From Patescibacteria group bacterium (GTDB taxonomy: Bacteria; Patescibacteriota; Patescibacteriia; UBA1558; GWA2-36-10): a stretch of DNA of 64,000 bases. The position numbers and the translations under genes are program-made. The notes beneath the pieces were generated by a model. The model was not told the origin of the DNA and searched no databases. It saw only the letters and a program-made list of their open reading frames with translations. The DNA is taken from contig JAQUKX010000003.1 of NCBI GenBank assembly GCA_028718865.1, forward strand, positions 33,214 to 97,213, written 5' to 3'. Of this stretch, positions 56,865-64,000 are shown piece by piece. The number at the start of each line of letters is the position of its first letter. The stretch's first letter is position 1.

Positions 56865-57584
56865 ATGAAATTTGAAATACTGACAATTTTTCCGGACAGC
56901 TTGGACAGTTATTTTAATTGTTCTATTTTGGCCAAAGCTCAGCAGAAAAAATTGATTAGCATAAATACTCACGACATCAGAGCCAATTTTACTGATAAGC
57001 ACAAACGGGTTGATGATACGCCTTATGGTGGCGGGCCAGGCATGGTTATCCAAATAGAGCCGGTTTATAAAACTCTTAAAAAAGTTTATCCCGGCCTTTG
57101 CCAAGGCTCTGGCTCTCAGGCGCGCAAAAATAAATCAACGCGGGTAATACTGCTGTCGCCTCAAGGAAAGACCCTTGATCAAAATGAAGTCAAAAGACTA
57201 GCCAAGTATAAAAAATTGATTTTGATAGCTGGCCATTATGAGGCAATTGATGCCAGAATTGATAATTTTGTTGATGAAAAAATATCTTTAGGCAATTTTG
57301 TCCTCACTGGCGGCGAGCTGGCGGCTGCTTGTTTGGTGGATGCGGTTTCTCGGTTGGTACCGGGCGTGGTGGGCAAAGAGGAGTCAGTCCAAGACGAGTC
57401 TTTTTCCCATTATGACAGCCAGACCAAGGAATTCAATGTGGAATATCCTCAATATACCCGGCCAGAAGTATTCTATCCCCAGGGTAAAAAAGGCCAAGGC
57501 CTAAAAGTACCGTCGGTTTTGCTTTCTGGCAATCATAAAAAAATAGAAGAATGGCGGGCTAGTCAGACCAAAAGCAAGTCTTGA
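56865..57584 (+). CDS. trmD: tRNA (guanine-N1)-methyltransferase
   Basis: VDDTPYGGGPGM, LSPQG, GHYEAID and YPQYTRP motifs. Confidence 0.96.
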   Translation: MKFEILTIFPDSLDSYFNCSILAKAQQKKLISINTHDIRANFTDKHKRVDDTPYGGGPGMVIQIEPVYKTLKKVYPGLCQGSGSQARKNKSTRVILLSPQGKTLDQNEVKRLAKYKKLILIAGHYEAIDARIDNFVDEKISLGNFVLTGGELAAACLVDAVSRLVPGVVGKEESVQDESFSHYDSQTKEFNVEYPQYTRPEVFYPQGKKGQGLKVPSVLLSGNHKKIEEWRASQTKSKS

Positions 57585-58025
57585 CAAACTTCAATTTTTC
57601 CTCTATCATAGTGGAGCATTAATTTTAAGGTAAAAGCAAACGTAGCTGATTGAAAACAATTGATCCGTCTGCTGGCGGAGCAAATAAAAAGACAGTAGTG
57701 TCTAAAATTTTCAGACCTGGCTGTTTTTTCTTAACGTTTTTTCTTAAGTAGTTACCAGATCGGCTATTTGTCGCTTTGAGCTTAAAAATAGTTATTTGAC
57801 AATTTAAACATGCGTTTAATAACTTGGAAGTGATAGGTTTTTAGTCCCCTGTATTTTACAGGGTCCGCCTTAGGCGGAAATTCCAAATTTTTTTTCAAAT
57901 CAAATTTGAGCAAAGCTCAAATTCTATAAATTTTATTTAAGAGTTTTCCCGCCTTTGGCGGTGGGATCCTGTTGATTTTTATCTTTTGATAAAGATTAAT
58001 AAGATTTTACTCTTTCTTAAAACTT

Positions 58026-59602
<1,577 letters not shown>

Positions 59603-59708
59603 CTAAGGAGTTATTTGTCGGCAATCCTCACGATTGACCGATAGTCGACCTTCCCTTTTTGGGAAGGAAATAGGCTAAAAACCTTCACTTCTAAGTTATT
59701 AAAATATT

Positions 59709-59732
59709 ACCCCGCTAGCAGCGGGGTCTTTT
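59709..59732 (+). terminator. Rho-independent terminator after 16S
   Basis: accccgct-agc-agcggggt followed by a T-run. Confidence 0.7.
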
Positions 59733-59816
59733 ATTAAAAAGGCTATTACTTCTTGTCAAAAATTAGTTTTTCTGTTATTATCCCCCTTGTTATGAAATTT
59801 TAAATTATTGTTTTTA

Positions 59817-59893
59817 GGGCATGTAGCTCAGCTGGTTAGAGCACTACACTGATAATGTAGGGGTCGGAGGTTCGAGTCCTCCCATGCCCACCA
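59817..59893 (+). tRNA. tRNA-Ile(GAT)
   Basis: Cloverleaf, anticodon GAT, CCA. Confidence 0.95.
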
Positions 59894-59976
59894 GGAATAA
59901 TTGTGTAATAGCACAATTGTTAATTGATGAGTGCTATTAACTTATTAATCAATTATGCAATTAAGCAATTATTTAG

Positions 59977-60051
<75 letters not shown>

Positions 60052-60289
60052 TAAAACATTCGCTTCGCTCAGGTTTATGGCGCAACCATTATATTTACAT
60101 CTGGTAGCGCCGTGAACTCGAGTCGCAAAGCGACGAGTAGTTCACGGGGTGTGGCGCCCGCGCCCGGTACGCCTACGGCGATAGCCGTGGCGGACGGGCA
60201 GTTTTCGCCAAAGACGAACCAGCCTCTGGCTGGTGCTAGCGTAAACGCATCATAAAACAAATATAAATTGTAATTTAATAAATTAACTT

Positions 60290-60366
60290 CGGGGTGTGGC
60301 GCAGTTGGCTAGCGCGCGTGCTTTGGGAGCATGAGGTCGGAGGTTCGAGTCCTCTCACCCCGACCA
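60290..60366 (+). tRNA. tRNA-Pro(TGG)
   Basis: Cloverleaf, anticodon TGG, CCA. Confidence 0.95.
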
Positions 60367-60445
60367 ATTTAATACAATAGTTTAATAGCGTAATAGAATA
60401 ATTGCTATTAACCTATTAATCAATTATACAATTCTCAATTAGTTC

Positions 60446-60521
60446 GCGGGTGTCGTATAGTGGCTCATTATGTCAGCCTTCCAAGCTGAAGAGGGCGGTT
60501 CGATTCCGCTCACCCGCTCCA
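60446..60521 (+). tRNA. tRNA-Gly(TCC)
   Basis: Cloverleaf, anticodon TCC, CCA. Confidence 0.93.
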
Positions 60522-60591
60522 AGAAATTCGCCATAGATGGCGTTTTTTTGCTATACTTTTGCTATACTTAAAACATTATTAAAATAAGACA

Positions 60592-61134
60592 ATGACAAAA
60601 AATAATCAAAATTTTCATCATTTAAAATTCGCTAGCGATAGATACACTATCAATCAATCAGTAGCTGTACTTTGTGACGGCAATAATATAGAAATGAGCA
60701 TCCACGATGTTTCTAAAAACAAAAATACCATGATTGATTTTGATAAGGTTATTCCTCGCTTATTAAATGGCCGTGGTTTGAACAGATTATTGTATTTTCG
60801 GGAGGGAAGGTCTATTTCATCTAAATTTGCCGAAAGACTACACGAAAATTATTATGGATCGGTCATAGCTTGCCATAAATCAGCTGACATCCCCCTTACT
60901 ATCAAAGCCACTCAACTGGCTTCTAAAGTAGACACCATTATTATAATGTCAGGGGATTCAGATTATATAGACTTAGTGGAGCATCTCAAAGGCGAGGGAG
61001 TGAGAGTGGAGATAGCAGCAGTTAAAAAAACAGCAGCTCAAGCCTTGATTGAGGAAGCGGATTATTTTTATGAGATCACCAAAGAGGATTGGTTTGTCTA
61101 TAAAGCGCCTAGGCCATATCTGGGAAAAAAATAA
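60592..61134 (+). CDS. NYN-domain (LabA/DUF88) protein
   Basis: DGNN, KSAD and SGDSDY...GVRVE motifs. Confidence 0.88.
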   Translation: MTKNNQNFHHLKFASDRYTINQSVAVLCDGNNIEMSIHDVSKNKNTMIDFDKVIPRLLNGRGLNRLLYFREGRSISSKFAERLHENYYGSVIACHKSADIPLTIKATQLASKVDTIIIMSGDSDYIDLVEHLKGEGVRVEIAAVKKTAAQALIEEADYFYEITKEDWFVYKAPRPYLGKK

Positions 61135-61342
61135 TTAGATAACAAAAAATCCTGCTAGCAGGATTTTTTGTTTGCTTTGTCTTTTTTATTTTTTCTTACT
61201 AAGATTGCTGTCCGGCTAAAAATTTATCATTATTAGCTAACACAGGCGTTTTTTGACATTACCTAAATTCATTGACAGGTTTATAAGCATGTGATATAAA
61301 TAAATGTTTTAGACAAGTTGTTCCTAGTCAAAGGAGGAGGTC

Positions 61343-61621
61343 ATGAAGCGTGAAGAGTTTGCGACCAGATTTCACTGGTCAAAGATGGTCTGGCTGGGCG
61401 GTATTATGAATGTGGCAGCTATGTTGCCACAGCTTATCAGTTTGATCAAGACAAAGGAGACAGCCGGACTGTCCATAGCCATGTTTTACATCTTTCTGGT
61501 AGTGCAAATAATCTTTGCCACGCAGGGATATTTTACCAGAAGCAAAGCCCAGCTCATCACCATGGTACTGAGTGCCATGGAATCAATACTTATCATTATA
61601 TTGATCAGTTCTTATAGCTAA
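61343..61621 (+). CDS. PQ-loop / SemiSWEET-like small transporter
   Basis: LPQLISLIKTKETAGLS; three TM helices. Confidence 0.75.
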   Translation: MKREEFATRFHWSKMVWLGGIMNVAAMLPQLISLIKTKETAGLSIAMFYIFLVVQIIFATQGYFTRSKAQLITMVLSAMESILIIILISSYS

Positions 61622-61718
61622 AAATACGATCCCTTCTCCAGAAACAGCTTAGTAGCTTCGGCAAAAGGCTGTTTTCTTTTTATTTGTCTTTTTTATTTTC
61701 TCTTGCTAAGATTTCTCC

Positions 61719-62927
61719 ATGGCAAATAAAAATCAGACACCTTTGGCCGATAGAATGAGACCCAAGAAATTGGAGCATTTTTTTGGGCAGGAAAATATTG
61801 TTGGTCAGGGCAAGATGCTCCGTCAAGCCATAGAGAGCGATAGCGTACCGCCAATGATTTTTTGGGGGCCACCCGGCTCGGGCAAGACTACTTTGGCGCA
61901 CATAGTAGCTCACTCTACCAATTCAGATTTTGTACAAATATCAGCGGTTACTAGTGGTGTAGCTGAGTTGAGACAATTTATCACCAGAGCAGAGCAAAAT
62001 AAAAGACTTGGTCAGCAGACTATATTGTTTATAGATGAGATTCATCGTTGGAATAAATCTCAGCAGGACGCTCTGCTGCCACATGTAGAAAAAGGCACTA
62101 TAGTTCTCATAGGTGCTACTACAGAAAACCCTAGTTTTGAAGTGCGGGGAGCTTTACTTTCTCGTTGTCGGGTTTTTGTTTTGGAAAGATTAGGTAAAGA
62201 ACATATTCGAAGTATCATAGAGCAAGCACTCAGCGATAAAGAAAATGGCCTGGGTAATTTAAAATTAAAGATTTCAGACAAGGTAAAAGATTTGATAGCG
62301 GATTTTAGCAATGGTGATGCTCGGGCAGCACTCAATGTTTTGGAATATGCGGCTTCTCTTAGCAAAAAAATTAGTGAAGAAAATATCAAAGAGGCTTTTC
62401 AAAAATCACATTTACTCTATGATAAAGATGGTGAAGAGCATTATAATATTATCTCCGCTCTGCACAAATCAATGCGTGGCAGCGATGCTAACGCAGCTTT
62501 GTATTGGCTGGCTCGTATGTTGGAGGCTGGCGAGGATCCGCTTTATGTGGCCAGACGCTTGGTGCGTTTTGCCTCTGAAGACATAGGCCTAGCCAATTCT
62601 CGTGCTTTGGAGCAGGCAGTGGCCGCTTATCAAGCCTGTTCATTTATCGGCATGCCGGAGTGCAATGTGATACTGGCTCAAGTAGTGGTTTATATGGCCA
62701 AATGCAAAAAATCCAATGATTTATACATTGCTTATGGCCGAGCAGCCAAAGATGTCAGAGAGCAAGGCAATTTAGCAGTGCCATTGCATATCAGAAATGC
62801 CCCGACCAAGTTGATGAAAGATTTGGGATACGGCAAAGATTATAAATATAGTCCGGAACATAATTATCAGGAAAAACAAGAGTATTTGCCCGAGGAATTG
62901 AAAAATAGAAAATATTTGAAAGATTAA
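61719..62927 (+). CDS. rarA: Replication-associated recombination protein A (MgsA)
   Basis: PLADRMRP, GPPGSGKT, DEIHR and SALHKSMRGSD motifs. Confidence 0.95.
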   Translation: MANKNQTPLADRMRPKKLEHFFGQENIVGQGKMLRQAIESDSVPPMIFWGPPGSGKTTLAHIVAHSTNSDFVQISAVTSGVAELRQFITRAEQNKRLGQQTILFIDEIHRWNKSQQDALLPHVEKGTIVLIGATTENPSFEVRGALLSRCRVFVLERLGKEHIRSIIEQALSDKENGLGNLKLKISDKVKDLIADFSNGDARAALNVLEYAASLSKKISEENIKEAFQKSHLLYDKDGEEHYNIISALHKSMRGSDANAALYWLARMLEAGEDPLYVARRLVRFASEDIGLANSRALEQAVAAYQACSFIGMPECNVILAQVVVYMAKCKKSNDLYIAYGRAAKDVREQGNLAVPLHIRNAPTKLMKDLGYGKDYKYSPEHNYQEKQEYLPEELKNRKYLKD

Positions 62928-62979
62928 AAACCCTGTTTATAGGGTTTTTTAAATAGTTTTTTTCTGCTATAATATAAAA

Positions 62980-64000
62980 ATGCAAAAAATAAAGGCAATT
63001 ATACTGCCTATTATCATATATATTTTAATTTCCCCGCCTTTTAATGTCAGCGCTCAAGAAGTGCGAGATATTGTTTTTCCCATTGAAGAAGGCTGGGATT
63101 ATAATTTTACTGACACTTATGGAGCGCTGCGTTCTGGTGAGCGTACTCATTTGGGCATTGATCTAATGGTTGATCAGATGACGCCACTACTGGCAGCAGT
63201 AGATGGCCGAGTCAGTTATTTGGTAGAAAAAGATCAAGGCTGGGGTTTGGCAATCTATATAGAAGATGCCCAAGGTTATTCTTATCGTTATCTTCATATA
63301 AACAATGACACGCCAGGCACCAATGATAATAAAGAAATCAGAGCCTATGCTTTTCCCAGAGACATAGTTCGCGGCTCAGTTGTATCAGCTGGTCAAATTA
63401 TTGCTTTTGCCGGCAACAGTGGCAATGCCGAAGGCGTTGCTCATCATTTGCATTTTGAAATATGGACGCCTAGCAGACAATCCATCAATCCTTATCCTAG
63501 TTTGATGGCAGCGATTGGCCAGCCTATAACTCAGCCAAACGGAGAAATAGGAAATATAAATACTTATCAATTTACCAGAGATTTGAAATTGGGCAGTACT
63601 GGCGAGGATGTCAGAGAGCTACAAAAATATCTCAATCAAAGCGGTTTTATAGTTAGCAGTAGCGGTGCTGGCTCGTCTGGCAACGAAACAACTTATTTTG
63701 GGCCAGCTACTGAAGCTGCTTTGATCAAATTTCAGCAAGCTAAAGGTATTAGTCCGGCGGCTGGATATTTTGGGTCTATTACCCGTACTTTTGTAAATAG
63801 TAGACCAATAGAAACAATTGAAGAAATAGTTTCTCCAATTACTAATGACATTGTTAGGGCTGGTTGGTTGGTCAAAGACAAGCTGTCTCCGCGGGTTTAT
63901 TATGTGGCTCCTAATTTGGAATTGCAATGGATAGTTAGCGAAGAAGCGGCTGTGAGAAATTTTGGCTCAAATTGGTATTTAGAGATAAGAGAGTTTGATG
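62980..64000 (+). CDS. M23 peptidase with peptidoglycan-binding domain (runs off the window)
   Basis: Manual translation: signal peptide, HLGIDL, HLHFE, then L.LGSTGEDVRELQKYLN...GYFG. Confidence 0.88.
   Translation, partial: MQKIKAIILPIIIYILISPPFNVSAQEVRDIVFPIEEGWDYNFTDTYGALRSGERTHLGIDLMVDQMTPLLAAVDGRVSYLVEKDQGWGLAIYIEDAQGYSYRYLHINNDTPGTNDNKEIRAYAFPRDIVRGSVVSAGQIIAFAGNSGNAEGVAHHLHFEIWTPSRQSINPYPSLMAAIGQPITQPNGEIGNINTYQFTRDLKLGSTGEDVRELQKYLNQSGFIVSSSGAGSSGNETTYFGPATEAALIKFQQAKGISPAAGYFGSITRTFVNSRPIETIEEIVSPITNDIVRAGWLVKDKLSPRVYYVAPNLELQWIVSEEAAVRNFGSNWYLEIREFD

Noticed and set aside
60075-60260. 61-aa ORF or an additional tRNA between tRNA-Phe and tRNA-Pro
   Set aside because: No complete cloverleaf; better explained as an interrupted copy of the tRNA-Pro 5' end

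Overview
AT-rich bacterial chromosome segment, most likely CPR/Patescibacteria (inferred from gene content, a short SMC and a stand-alone 16S). It runs from the origin region (dnaA, rpmH, rnpA, yidD, yidC) through housekeeping genes, a 16S rRNA and seven tRNAs. The main discovery is a ~24 kb integron-like cassette array (~19165-43430) lying upstream of a divergently transcribed tyrosine recombinase (43467-44366) that resembles IntI but lacks the integron-specific I2 insertion. The array has 17 intact, co-oriented attC-like sites, one degenerate site and two half-sites. Unlike canonical attC sites they are branched, with two inner arms, and 8 intact sites carry whole genes inside an arm. One of these holds a complete 2.6 kb diversity-generating retroelement (target/VR, TR, avd, RT). 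Almost every cargo gene is also closed by its own cassette-specific inverted repeat, so the single strand could fold into a chain of gene-bearing loops. A second DGR target gene sits 18 kb away between perfect 112-bp direct repeats. All calls come from reading the sequence by eye: no database search or folding was run, so novelty is unverified and boundaries may be off by a few bases.
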